DNA of 64,000 nucleotides. Origin: Camelus dromedarius (Eukaryota). The stretch lies in the NCBI RefSeq assembly GCF_036321535.1, contig NC_087437.1, forward strand, positions 60,390,001-60,454,000, read 5' to 3'. A program made the position numbers and the translations under genes. The notes beneath the pieces were generated by a model. It searched no databases, was not told the origin of the DNA, and saw only the letters and a list, made by a program, of their open reading frames with translations. Below, piece by piece: positions 13,763 through 26,837 of the stretch (its first letter is position 1; each line of letters begins with the position of its first letter).

Positions 13763-15840
13763 GTAAGATACAGTATGCTTTCTGCATTTGTTAGTGACAG
13801 AATGTGAGGAACCTTATTGCTTATAATATATTTTAAAAATAAAGTGTAACCATTGTTATATATTTGAAAATAGATATTTGAATCCATGTGATGCTTAGTT
13901 TATATTCTTTAGGAAAGGTAATATTCTGAAATGTGTTTCATATAGCTAAATATAGTGTATTGAATGGATATTTTTTTCCCCTCAGACTTACAGGAAGCAT
14001 TTCTCCCAACAGCAAAGGTTTATAGGGCCCTGATTATATTTGAATCTTACAAATATATTCTTAAAGTTCTCCCCTTCTACTTTATTTTCTGTCCTCAAAT
14101 GTCATGCTGGTTGAAAGTATAACTCATTTTGAGAACATTTTCTGGACTCTTATTTATTTATTGCAAATTAATTTTTAAAAGAAGAATAGTCAAGTTCTGA
14201 TTGTGTTGCCTTTGGAAAGGTGTTGATAGGATTTAAAATGATTAAACGTGTGTAAGAGTATCCTAAAGTATTTGTTTTAAAGTCTGTTTTGTTCATTATC
14301 CTCAAAGTGTTACTTCGCTTAAGCTCTAAGTTTGGTTTCTTTTATTTCTGAGCACCAGTTTGTGGGCATTGTGTGACTGGAAAATTCAGTATGCTTACAT
14401 TTAAAATTTATACATTTGTTTTTAAAATACGGGATAATTTTTTTGGTTTTTATTTCTATAAACTTATGATGACACATAGTGGTTGTTAGACAAAATTGTT
14501 GAGATTTTAAAATTATGTTCAGTAATAAAAGAATAAGTAAATTTGTGAATTCTGAAAGTAGGCTCTTCTTTTATAGTGAATTATTTTCCACAACAAGAGA
14601 AAAGCAAGAAGACTGATCGAAATTAGTTTTGTATGCTTGTCGCTCACAGAGTTGTAGTTTAAACAATAGGAATTTTGATCAGATACTAACATGCCCATTA
14701 TCTGGTCCCATTCTGTTTATAAGGGATGTCTTCCACGTACCTGTGTGTAAACGGTCTTGTCAAAATATTCTTAAAGAATGTTTAAAGAGCAGTAAGCCTG
14801 GAACACAGGTTTAGTTTAGGTTTTTTTCCCTCTGTAAGTTCTTTTCATGGATGTCTGTCATTTGCCTTTTATCACTTTGTTCAGTTTAGTTTTTATTTCT
14901 GATATTATAGTAAGATCATTTGAAATGATCTAATTTTTTCTGCCCTGTCCTTGACAGATTTTTAAAAATTGCATTTGGCCTTTTTTAAGCATAAGGGAGC
15001 AACCACTGTAAAAAAAAAAATTGTGTGAATCAATATCTAAAGTTTTTACAAATTTTTATTATGTAACTGTTAAAGCAAAAATAGAAAAGATGTAGGTTGG
15101 AAATTAGGAAGCCTAAAACATTATTTGTAGTTACTTTTGAAAGAGCTAAATTAAAATAATTTCTTCTATTATTAGAAATAAAACCCTTTGCACATATTTA
15201 ACCAGTCGCTACAGCAAGAAAAGCAAAAATCTTAATTTTCTTTTCAACTAAAGTGTTAAAATGTTTTCTCCCCCTTGAGTCTTTTCTTGCTTTTCTGATC
15301 TTTAGAGAGCTTTATGGTTTTATATGTGTTTTTAAAGTCTGACAATACAGTTGATGTAATTTTATCATGTTAATACTAAAACACCTTTCCAAGTGAAATT
15401 TTTTTCATCATCCGCCTCCCCTCTCTCCCACTTGTGTAGGCACGGTGAGCTAGGTAGGCATGTTGCATCACTGCTACCATGGATACCCTTAAGAACAGGC
15501 ATGTGGGTTGAGCTAAAGCAATGATGATTAGTTTTCTGGACTCCCCCCTCCCCATAACTATATGTTCCTCACAATGAAGATTTATTTTAAAACGTTTGCA
15601 AATGATTAGGTTGTGAGATTTGATGACTAAATCATCACTGTTACAGAACTACAAAATTTTGGCCTCCAATTACAATAGTATTAATGCCATTTACTAAGTT
15701 AAGACAGTCATAAATAGCTCTACATTCCTTTTCTGATTAATATATTTTAAACACGAATGTAATGTTTGTTTTGCCTCGTAATGGAAATTAAAATGAAAAT
15801 GTATTTCCTCTCAAATTGAATTTTTAAAAATATAGTTCTG

Positions 15841-15952
15841 GGGAGGGTAGGGGGTATAATTCAGTGGTAGAGTGTGTGCTTGGTGTGCATGAGGTCCTAG
15901 GTTCATTCCCCAGTACCCCCTTTAAGGGAAAAAATAATAATAATTTTTTTTT
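15841..15952 (+). mobile_element. Vic-1-like SINE
   Basis: tataattcagtggtagagtgtgtgcttggtgtgcatgaggtcctaggttcattccccagtacc; TSD aaaatat(a/t)gttctg at 15827-15840 and 15953-15966. Confidence 0.88.
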
Positions 15953-16939
15953 AAAATATTGTTCTGAATTTAAATATTTTGCAGGGGAAAAGATCCTCAT
16001 GAGCATTTCTCTTGTGGCAGTATTTCTAGTTACTATTAGTATACCTACATAGACCTTTAGGTAGTTTAATCAGCTTGAATGTAGTATTTTATTTTGTACT
16101 TTTCCACATAATGTTTTTCTAAGAGATATTTGTTTTTGTGTTTGTAATTCCTTGTGTTTTTAGCTCCTTTGTAAATATATGTCAATTGAGGTGGAGTTAA
16201 TATTGTTAGGGGGCCAGGCAGAGATGTGCAGTTTTTTCAGGCTCATTATTACTGTAGGAAAATTAAGTTAAAGTATATGGGGTCCAACAAGAGTGATTTG
16301 GGAGTGTGGTATACAGTATGTTTTCTTTTGTTAGCAGTAAGCATTATGTGTAAACTGCAGCATCAGCTAAGGGCATTCATACTCTTTAGTATAGGGGTTT
16401 CCCACTTGTCTGTTAACTTCTGAGAAAGGGAGTTGCATTACTTTTGAACCAGAATTTCTTACAGTGGAATCATGTCTTTCTCCATTTTTTGTTATACTGT
16501 TTGTTGATCAAGTAGAAAAGGGATGTTCTTTGTCTCTATTCATTTTAGGGTTATTTAGCAGAAGTTTAGGTGGCAGGAGAAAGACCTGGAGAGAAAAAAA
16601 ATTTCCTGTGTGTTCTTGATTAAGCTTATTAGAAAGAAGAAGAGGAGCTTTCATATTTCAGGAGATTCTCTTTCACTTAGTACCAGTTGTTATTATTTTT
16701 ATTATTTAACTTGTTTGTGAAAACTTGGGTCCATACTAAATGCGGTTAGGGCAATATTTGAAGTCTGTGCAGTCTAGGGGAGTCTCTTCCATTTAAGGAA
16801 TTGCCCATACATATGTTTTAGGAGTTGCAGACCAGGTTTTTTTTCATTATTTTTATTAACAGGTCTTTTTTTTTCAACTCTTGTGAGGTGGTTCCTTCTT
16901 TGAGATCTTCATACATAATGGTTTCCTGTTTGCAAGTCC

Positions 16940-17212
16940 TTGCCCCTAAATCTTACGCTTCAGATTCTAGCATTTAGATTATTTCCTCAGGGAAGCGTTT
17001 CTTAAGGCCCAAGATTAAATAAGATCCTTCTATAAGTATACTTTACTTTTCCTTTGTAGCACACAGTATGTCATCCATTTGTGTGATTCTTATTTCAGTG
17101 GACTACAGACTTTACAAAATAAGACTGTTTTATTCTCTCAGTATCCCCAATGCCTGTCCAAGTGTCTGAGTGTCACAGAGTGGATACTCAGTGAACAATT
17201 GTTGAACAAATG
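16940..17212 (+). mobile_element. L2 3' end
   Basis: Ends tactcagtgaacaattgttgaacaaatgaa. Confidence 0.6.
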
Positions 17213-17809
17213 AAGCTTTGACACAGATGTTCCAAATTTGTAAATTAAAAAAAAATGAATATTTTACTTTATAATGCATTTTAAGTCCAATTTTGAATAT
17301 TATTATATGTTGATATCCTGGAAAATTGCCACTAAAATTTATGTATCTTTCAGTATTTATTATGAATTCAAAAGGATCCAGAAAATGGCCCATCTTCCCA
17401 GTGTTTTCCACCTCTTTCTTAGTTTATGGTAGGGATGGAGTACATTATCTTTTCTTGTCTACTATTCACTTAAATATTTGACTGATTTGTTGACTGGTTG
17501 TGTATGTAAAATGTTTTTGTTTTTGTTTTTTGGCTTATACTTAATTTGGCAAAGTCCGATCCTTTTTCATTTTATAGGGCTTCCATCTATAGGCTGCAAA
17601 ATGTTGACTAACAACTTAAGCACTATCCAGTAGAGCTTGATGCAGTGATGGAAATGTACATCTTTACTCTTCTATCCACTAACACATGAAATATGGCTAG
17701 TTTAGAGGAACTGAATTTTAATTAATTTAAGTAGACTTAGATTATTGATCTGTAACAACCATTCCTGTACACCAGCCCACCCTTCACTTGTTTACTCCTG
17801 AATTATTTA

Positions 17810-19345
17810 AACATTTTTTCAGTGGGTAGTAAACTCAAATATTATTCAAAATAAACTCAAGAATCAAAAATCATTAAAACATTTATATAGGTGTGTCTCA
17901 CTTCTATCCCTTCTTTCCCTGGCCCCCATAGGAAACTATTTTTATTTTCTATTTCTTTCCATTGTTTATGCTTATAGAAGAATTAAGAATGTTTTGTTTC
18001 TCCCTTTCCTTATACAACAGATAGTGTGTTTTATATTTATGCAATCTTTTGTCTCTTGATAGTTTTACTTGTAATATCCTGAAAGTCTCTCCATTTTAGT
18101 GCACATGGCTTTTTCTTGTTCCTTTTTACAGAAATAACAATATTTAGTTGTGTTGATTTATCATGATTTCCTTAGCCAAACATAGGCTTTTTAATAAATG
18201 ACCTGTAACAACTGGTTCTAGCTGGACAAAGATGAAAGTTGGATCCAGACCTAATACTGTATATATGAAAAATGACAAATTTTCAAAAGTTCTAAATATA
18301 TTTTTGCCAGGCAGTAAAGTTCTTTCTAACCTCTTTACTACTGTAAATGGTGCTTTAGTGAAAAAAAACTTGTATATATCATTTTTATATTTGTGCAGGT
18401 ATATCTGTATCATGTGGGATTGCTGGTTTACAGAGTAAATGGGCTATAATTTAGGTAGCTATTAACCAGATTCTTCTCCATTGGAGTTGTACCATTTTGC
18501 ATTACCACTAGCAATGCATGACATGAGAGTGATTGTTTCCCTGCAACTTTGTCAACAGAATGTATTTTCAAATTTTCATATTTTTGTTAGTTTCTTGGGT
18601 GAGAAATGGTGTACAAAGGTAGTTTTAATTTGCACTTCTCATATATTTAAGCAAAATTTATTATATTATTATATTTTATACTGCTTTTCTTTTGGGTTGT
18701 TCGTTTTTTTCTTCTCAATTTCTAGGAACTCTATATACCAGCTTAACCTTTGTCTATGAAATGAGTTGAAGATTTTTTTCTCATACCTTGTTATGGTGTT
18801 TTTTGTCTCTTCATTTTGCTTCTCTGGCTTATGAATTTTGAGTCTTAGTAAGACCTTCCACATTCACATTCCAGAGTTACAAAGAATTCCACCCAGATGT
18901 TACAAGGAATTCACCCAAGGGCTCTTTTGGTGCTTTATGTAGGATTTCATTTTTAAATCTTAGGACCATTTGAAGATTATCTTGATGTATAGTGTTAGTC
19001 GTGGAACTAGTGTAATATTTTTCCATGTGGCTACCCATTTGTTCCAGAGTCATTTATTAAAAAATCTGTATTTACCCCCACTGAATTGAGATGCCACTTT
19101 CTGACAAACTCCTGTATGTATTTGGGTCTATTCTGGACATTGAATTCTGTTTCTTTGGTCTGTCCATTCAAGAACTTTACTGAAGCTTTTTAGTATGCCT
19201 TAACATCTAAACAGTTATTCTTTCTCTTTGATTCTCTGTTCTTGAGTTTTTTCTTTAAAAAAATAAAAGACAATTCTTTCTCATTTGTTTTTCCATATAG
19301 ACTTTAGAATCAACTTATATGGTCTGAGAAAGTGTTTCAGTATTG
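17810..19345 (-). mobile_element. Ancient L1ME-type fragment
   Basis: Degenerate antisense ORF2/3'UTR phrases (gtagttttaatttgcacttctc; ttccatatagactttagaatcaactt). Confidence 0.6.
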
Positions 19346-19363
19346 GGAACATCCTCTACATAA

Positions 19364-19495
19364 GTACTGTTGCCCCTCCATATTCTCAGGTTCTGCATTT
19401 GTGGATACAGAGGAATGTCTATACTGCACCATTTTATATAAGGAACTTGACATCTGTGGATTTTGGTATTTGTGGGGATCCTGTTGCATACCTTC
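19364..19495. mobile_element. MER2/Tigger-like DNA transposon remnant
   Basis: ggttctgcatttgtggatac ... ccattttatataaggaacttgacatctgtggattttggtat. Confidence 0.6.
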
Positions 19496-20499
19496 CCAAC
19501 AACTCTTACAATCTGCCAACAAAAGGATAGGCAGTAATCTTTTTGATTCCCTAGCCTGAGGAGCAGGATTTTAAATTCATCTCTTAGAGTTCTTATCAGC
19601 TGATTTTTGTTTAATCAAAGACTCATTTAATAATACTGTTTAATAAGTTTTGTCCAAGTTTACCAGTTGACTTAAATTGCCTTTTGACTAAATGAAATAC
19701 GTTTATTTCTGGTTTGTGTTGGTTGCCTAGAGGGCTGTATTGAGAATTCTAGCAGGCTGAAGGAAAAGTGTTATCATCAATTCGTAGGCTTTGCCATGGC
19801 TGAGAAATTGGAGAAGGGTGGAGGCCTTGGCAGAACAGTGAGATCATTTGTACTTAATATGTTTTGGAAATCCTTACATGTTATCACTTATAGCATTTTA
19901 AATGATTCCATTGGTTGTGTGTTTTATAATTTATTTAATCAGTCAACATTTGGATTATTTCTATTTTTTCTTTGAAAACTGATGTACTTGATGCTTAATC
20001 TCTGAGTGTAACCATGATTCTTTAGGTGAAGAATTTCTAGTATAAAAAATATGAACATTTTTAATGTTCTGATAAATATTGCCACAGTTTCTAAATTTTA
20101 ATCACTTTCAGACACTTTTCCCAGTTTAAAGTACCCTATTTTATATTAAACATGTTTGCACTGAATTGTTCTCCACTTACATCTAGAAAGTTTCATTGTA
20201 GCTTCTGATCTTACCTATAACAATTGAGTTTCTTGACTATTTCATTTTTTTTGGTTAATTTTTAATATCCAATTAATGTTCACCTGGGGTTCACCTTATT
20301 TGGGAACCACTGAATTGGAATAGTAGAGGTTGCTTTCAAGTACTGCCCTATTTCTGCTTATCCTTTTACAATTGGACTTTGAAATGAATGAGGATAACTA
20401 AGGTTTCTGTTTCTCTCATTTTGTCACTCTCTCGCTTTTACAGTTCTTTAGAGTCTGCATTCTGCAGCAGTCACAACGGAAATTGTGCAGCTTAGTCTG

Positions 20500-20715
20500 A
20501 GCAGAGTAAAGGATAGTAGTTAGGCTCTGGAGACCTTTGAGGTTCTAGTCCCAACACTTGATTCCTGGACAAGTCACTTGTTCCTTTTGTGTTTTGTTTC
20601 CTCATCTCTAAAATTGGGGAAATAATAGTATCTACTTTACAGGATTGTTAAAGATTAATTGTCGAGTGTGTCAAATGTTGACTACTATATAGTAAGACTT
20701 AAGTAATGTTAGAAG
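20500..20715 (+). mobile_element. MIR SINE
   Basis: MIR core ctggacaagtcactt...gtttcctcatctctaaaattggggaaataatagtatctac. Confidence 0.75.
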
Positions 20716-22191
20716 ATATTTTGAGTAATTTTTATTAAATGGTAATAAAATATGTAGCCTTCTTGATGGACAGAACAGACTTTTCTGAATCATTGTCTCT
20801 GCCTTTACACTGTTGGTTTTCCCTCTTTTATATAATTCTTGTTCCTTGCCTTTTACGACTACTGTACTGGTTCTCTTTCTTTATGAAGGATGGTGGATTG
20901 TTTAGGTACAGCTCTGTATTAAGGCAAGCTGGAATTTGGAATAAAAGGAAAATGAAAAAGGATGACATTTAAAGATACTGCTACACATGCCTGTTTCTGC
21001 TTTATCTACCTCTTCTTTTGTTGCTTTTAATTTGGGTTTTAGAGTTATGCTAATACTGTCTTTGGAGACAGCTTCCTGAATCTCAGATTGCCAAAAGTTT
21101 ATGACTATAATAACTATGATCCTTTTTTTAGTGATTAATGTGTAACCATCTAATAAGGATAAAGTAAAAGGATTGTCCGTATGTGGGAATATTTATCTTT
21201 GATTCCAGTGGATACTCAACAACTATTTGTTTTAAGTAGATAACTGATAATGGTAGGTAATAAATCACCAGAGAAGTGTTGAATTGTTTTGGCTTAATAG
21301 TTTAAGAGTTATGAATAGAAATGTCTTTTGTTTAAATGTTCATATTTATATGTCAGGGCACTTTTACTTGTGCTAGGTTGTATTAAAATTGTGTGTTAGC
21401 CAGCAGCTTTGAAAGGAATGTGAGACCTTTTAAAAGAAAGTCCTAGTATAGAGATTTCAGTTTTCTTAGATTTTTGAAAGTTGACATTTAATAATGAATG
21501 GAAATGCTGCCCTCTACTGTTGCCTGATTGTTTTACTGCCGTGTAAAGATGTTCAATAATCTGTATAAATTTTTTTTAAGTATATATACTGTTAGGTTGG
21601 AATATAACTATTTAAAATATTATTCTGACAACATAGTAGTTAAATTATATTTGTTACTTCATGCTAACTCCCATTAAATATGTTTAATAAAAATGACTGC
21701 TGTCATTTTTTGGCTTTTAGAAAAAGTTGGGTCCTGGGATGAAAGTCTTAATAGCTTCTTATTATACATAGTGAGCTTTAAGTTGTTGCTACATTGATTC
21801 CATGTGGTTGTGTGATTCAGAGGGTTTGTATTCATAGCTTATAAGTAAACTAAAAATAAGTTCTACAGGTAAAGATACTTTTTCTAAAGTAATCATTGCT
21901 TTACTATCTTATGTTATTTAATCTATTTGAAATTCTAAACAGTATTAAATATGGATGTAAGATCTTCATATGTTTACTAAAAGAAAGCACTGTGTAAACA
22001 GTGGTGATATTGAGCAAAATTTGGCCTCTGAATTTTAGGTTTTTCACTATAAAATGAAGGGATTAGCAAAGATAACTTTTAAGATTACCTTAAGTTTTGT
22101 TTTTTGAGTACCTATTGTATATGAAGTAGTCTACTGTATGTAAAATAGAAACGGAAAAACAAAGATGATTAGTATAGTCCTTGCTTTAGAT

Positions 22192-22349
22192 CAGGGGTCA
22201 GCCAGTGGGCCATATCAGGTCACATTCATTAACTTACTGTCATGGCTGTTTTCATGCTATAAAGGCAGAGTTTGAGTAGTTGCAGCAGAGACCATATGGG
22301 CTGCAAAGCTGAAGATATTTACTATCTGATCCTTTATAGAGAAAGCTTG
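22192..22349. mobile_element. MER58-like hAT-Charlie element, truncated at the SINE
   Basis: caggggtcagc...gagtagttgcagcagagaccatatgggctgcaaagctgaagatatttactatctgatccttta. Confidence 0.75.
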
Positions 22350-22350
22350 A

Positions 22351-22497
22351 GGAGGGGAGAGTATAGTTCAGTGGTAGAGTACGTGCTTAACATTCACTAG
22401 GTCCTGGATTCAGTCCCCAGTACCTCCATTTAAAAAACGAACAAATATACAAACAAACCTAATTCCCTCCCTCAAAAAAAAAAAAAAAAAAAAAAAA
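22351..22497 (+). mobile_element. Vic-1-like SINE with poly(A) tail
   Basis: ggggagagtatagttcagtggtagagtacgtgcttaac...gtcctggattcagtccccagtacctcc, then a long A run. Confidence 0.88.
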
Positions 22498-22511
22498 CTA
22501 AACTAAAAAGT

Positions 22512-24010
22512 GGAGTGGTATTACTGGATCATATGGTAAGTCTGTTTTTAGTTTTTTAAGGAATCTCCATACTGTTTTGCATAATGGCTGTACCAAACTA
22601 CATTCCACCAGCAGTGTAAGAGGATTCTCTTTTCTCCACAGCTTCTCCAGTATTTATCATTTGTGGACTTTTTAATGATGGCCATTCTGATTGGTGTGAG
22701 GTGATACCTCATTGTAGTTTTGATTTGCATTTGTATGATAATTAGCGATATTGAGCATTTTTTTCATGTGCCTGTTGGCCATTTGTGTGTCTTCATTGGA
22801 GAATTGCTTGGTCTTCTGCCCATTTTTGGACTGGGTTGTTGGGTTTTTTTCTTAAGTTGTATGAGCTGTGTATATTCTGGAGACTAAGCCCTTGTCAGTC
22901 TCATCTTTTGCAAATATTTTCTCCCATTCCTTAGGTTGTCTTTTTGTTTTGCTTATGGCTTCCTTTGCTGTAAGAAGCTTTTAAGTTTAATTAGGTCCCA
23001 TTTGTTTAATTTTGCTTTTATTTCTTTGCTTGGGTAGCTTGCCTAGGAGAACATTGCTGAGATTTAAGTAAGATAATGTTTTGCCAATATTTTCTTCTAA
23101 GAGGTTTATAGTGTCTTGTCTTATGTTTAAGTCTTTAAGCCATTTTGAGTTTATTTTTGTATATGGTGTGAGGGAGTATTCTAACTTCATTGATTTACAT
23201 GCAGCTGTCCTGTTTTCCCAACACCATTTACTGAAGAGACTGTCTTTACTCCATTGTATGTACTTGCCTCCTTTGTCAAAGATTGATTGACCAAAAGTTT
23301 GTGGGTTTATTTCTGGGCTCTCTGTTCTGTTCCATTGATCCATATGTGTTTTTGTACCAGTACCATGCTTTTTGGATTATCCTGAGGGAACCTTAATTTG
23401 AAAAGATATGTGCACCCCAGTGTTCATAGCAGCAGTATATACAATAGCCAAGACATGGGAACGACCTAAATGTCCATCGACAGATGACTGAATAAAGAAG
23501 CTATGGTATATTTATACAATGGAATACTACTTAGCAATAAAAAAGAATAAAATAATGCCACTTGCAGCAATATGGATAGACCTGTCAATTGTTATTCTAA
23601 GTGAAGTAAGCCAGAAAGAGAAAGAAAAATACCATATGATATCACTTATATGTGGAATCTAAAAAAAAAGAGAGAGAGAGAGACAAACGAACTTATTTAC
23701 AAAACAGAAACAGACTCACAGACATAGAAAACAAACTTATGGTTACTGGGGGAGGAAGGGAGTGGGAAGGGATAAATTGGGAGTTGGAGAATTGCAGATA
23801 CTAACTAATATATAAAAAATAGGTAAACAACAAGTTTCTATTGTATAGCACAGGGAACTATATTCAATATCTTATAGTAACTACGGTGAAAAAGAATATG
23901 AAGACAAATATATGTATGTTCATGTATGACTGAAGCATTATGCTGTACACCAGAAATTGATACAACATTGTAAACTGACTATACTTCAATTAAAAAATAT
24001 ATATCAAAAA
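22512..24010. mobile_element. 5'-inverted (twin-primed) young LINE-1, about 1.5 kb
   Basis: 22512-23378 is antisense ORF2 C-terminus ([14 protein letters not shown]..., [13 protein letters not shown]...). 23379-24010 is sense ORF2 end plus 3'UTR ending cttcaattaaaaaa. Confidence 0.88.
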
Positions 24011-24794
24011 AGGTGTATGTCTATTTGTGTGTATTACAATGGCAGTTTAGGATTTTATCACAGTAATGTATAGTCATTTATTCAGACAACATGGGATTGA
24101 TTATGGTTAAACATCTATTATTTCCAAATGTATGGTCTTTAGTCAGTAAAGACTGTACTCTTAATTTCATCTTATATACTTTTTTGGTGGTATTTTGTCC
24201 TCATTTCATCCGTTTTCTCCTTTCTGAGGAAAGTGTTCTGTGTTGAAATTTTGGACCCAGTTCAGTTTGAGAACTGTGCTTTTCTTTTATTGGATCACCT
24301 ATGTTTGTAAGCCTATCTCTGTGTTAGAATTACACAGGAAACTTGTTAAAAATAAAGATTCTTAGGCTTGAATTAGACTGAATACCCAGGAATCTTACTC
24401 AGATGGCACCATTTGGGAACACTATTCAAAAACATGATTTCTGGGTACTCTAGGATTACTTAAAGATGTGTGTGTTGATTGGTTCAGGAGTATATATAAG
24501 AACATATGATGAGACTCATTGGCCCTCAGCCAGAGCTTCTCTGCTTTTATCTGTTTTGGTTTTTTTGGGACACCCTCTTAAGATATGGTTTCAAAGAATT
24601 TTTACAGTAAAAGCCAATGTGTTTACCACAGAAATAGCTTATCAGAGCTCTGCCTCTTATGTGTGATGGGTTTATCTCTTTAAATATGGAGAAGCCTCTG
24701 CAAACTGCATCAGAGTTATGGCTTGTTAAAGCTTATATAAAGCTATTTAAATGGTTATGTAAATATGATGTTTCTCAAATAATGTTCTCTTTTC

Positions 24795-25160
24795 TTAAAA
24801 ATTTCTTATTGAAGTGTAGTTGATTTACAATGTTAAAGGTATACAGCAAAGTGATTCAGTTATACATATACATACATATGTATATTTTATTTTCAGATTA
24901 TTTTCCATTATATGTTATTATAAGAAATTGAATATAACTCCCTGTGCTATAAAGTAGGTCCTTGTTGTTTATCTATTTTATGTATAGTAATGTATGTCTG
25001 TTAATCCCCAACCCCTAATTTTTGCCTCCCAGCCCTTTCCCCTTTGGTAACCATAGTTGGTTTTCTATGTTTGTGAGTCTGTTTTTGGTTTTTAAATAGA
25101 ATTTGTTTCATTTGGGGGGGGGGCCCACATGTAAGTGATATCATATGATATCTCTTTCAA
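24795..25160 (-). mobile_element. 5'-truncated lineage-specific L1 3' end
   Basis: Reverse-complement homology to 23640-24000. Confidence 0.8.
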
Positions 25161-25279
25161 ATAATATACTCAAGTTATAATTTTCACTTTATGATTGAAT
25201 ATATTGAACACACTTTTTAATCCAGTTTTTAAAATATTTAAGTAAAAGAAGTTGAAAAATGATAGTTGCTACCTATATA

Positions 25280-25905
25280 CATGATAGTTCTTCCAATCTG
25301 TGAATATGGAGTGTATTTCATTCAAATCTTCTTTAGTTTACACTAATAATGTTTTGTAATTTTCAGTGTATGTGTATTGTACTCTTATTAAAAATTTTTC
25401 TAAATATTTAGTGCTTTTTGATGTTAATGGAATTATGTTCTTAATATCATTTTCAGATTGTTCATTGTTACAAAGGTTACATTAATTTTTGTATATTGCT
25501 ATTCTAGTCTACATCCTTACTGAACTTCATTAGTTCTAATAGATTTTGTGTGTGTGTGTGTGTGTAGATTTCTTAGGATTTTCTACATGGAGGATCATGT
25601 CATTTGCAAATAAAAGCAGTTTTACTTTTTCCTTTCCAATCTGGATACCTTTTATGTTTCTTGCCTGATTGCACTGATTAAAAACTCCAGTACAGTTTGA
25701 ATAGGAGTGACTAAATTGTATGTTCTTCACTTGTTTTAAGGATCTTATGGAGAAAACATTCAGTCTTTTACCATTAAACATGGCGTCAGATGTAGGTTTT
25801 CTATAGGTGTCCTTTATCAGGTTGAGGAATTTTCTTTATTTTCCAAGTTTGTTGAGAGTTGTCATCATGAATGGATGTTGGAGTTTGTCACATGCTTCTT
25901 CTGTG
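25280..25905 (-). mobile_element. Old L1 ORF2 (RT region) fragment
   Basis: ORF 25536-25781 contains [28 protein letters not shown], the L1 RT FADD motif region; contains (TG)n at about 25547-25565. Confidence 0.85.
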
Positions 25906-26660
25906 TCGAAACATTTGGAAGTTCTTAAAAAGATGTTTCATTCGGCACAAAGGTTTTCACGTGTTTAGGATCAACTGTGCGTTGCATATCATGTAGCCTT
26001 AAATGAGGACCATGGAAGATAATTTGCTGTCTTTCATTCAACAGATATTCACGAAGGGCCTGCAATTTGTGTTTCTGACTAATGCACTAGATTCTGATGA
26101 ATAGTAAGGATTTAGATTTACTAAGTTAGAGTTTCAGACTCATAACAAAGTTTTATTTCTTCCATGAACTTGCGTTTTAAGAGCAGTTTTAAAACATCTA
26201 AATATATAGCTATAAAACCTAAGCAATAATAACCCAGTTCTACCTCTTTCTAAAATAATAGCTTGTCTTTTTGTTTCCATGAGCAGTATCATTTAGCAGG
26301 GCTCCTCTTACACATTTTTTTCTTGTGTTCGGATTAGGATGGGTGAGATGGTGCTAGGTTTCCCTTTAGAACTACTTGATGAATAATAGCCATATTATTT
26401 ATAGCACAAAACAGATTGCGCTGATTTGTTGATGCTCCTGTAGTTCCATATCATAGTCTCTACTTTGGCCATATACATAAGGCTTCATGGTACAGTTTGC
26501 AGCATACAGATTTGCCCCATTATTTAAAATTGTATATAGTCACAGTTGAATTTGTTCCTTTTTTTTTTCTGATTGTCTCTCCAGCTATGAAAGCAGCTGA
26601 AATTCTATAGTTAGTTGAAATCAGTTAAGGTAGTGCAACTTGATCAAGAATGAATATAGC

Positions 26661-26762
26661 GAATATGAAAACAAATATATGTATATATATGCGTGACTGG
26701 GACATTGTGCTGTATGCCAGAAATTGACACATTGTAACTGACTGTACTTCAGTTAAAAAAAA
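26661..26762 (+). mobile_element. About 100-bp extreme 3' end of young L1
   Basis: gaatatgaaaacaaatatatg...cagaaattgacacattgtaactgactgtacttcagttaaaaaa; TSD-like aatgaatatag / aatgagtatag. Confidence 0.85.
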
Positions 26763-26837
26763 ATGAGTATAGTGTTTGATTTAACATTAGTTTTAATTTT
26801 AAGTACTCAACATTTTATTTGACAGTAGAATTTAATC

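Noticed and set aside
15841..15925. tRNA-like sequence (also 1855, 5601, 22351, 55330)
   Set aside because: Diverged copies with A-rich tails and TSDs are SINEs, not tRNA genes.
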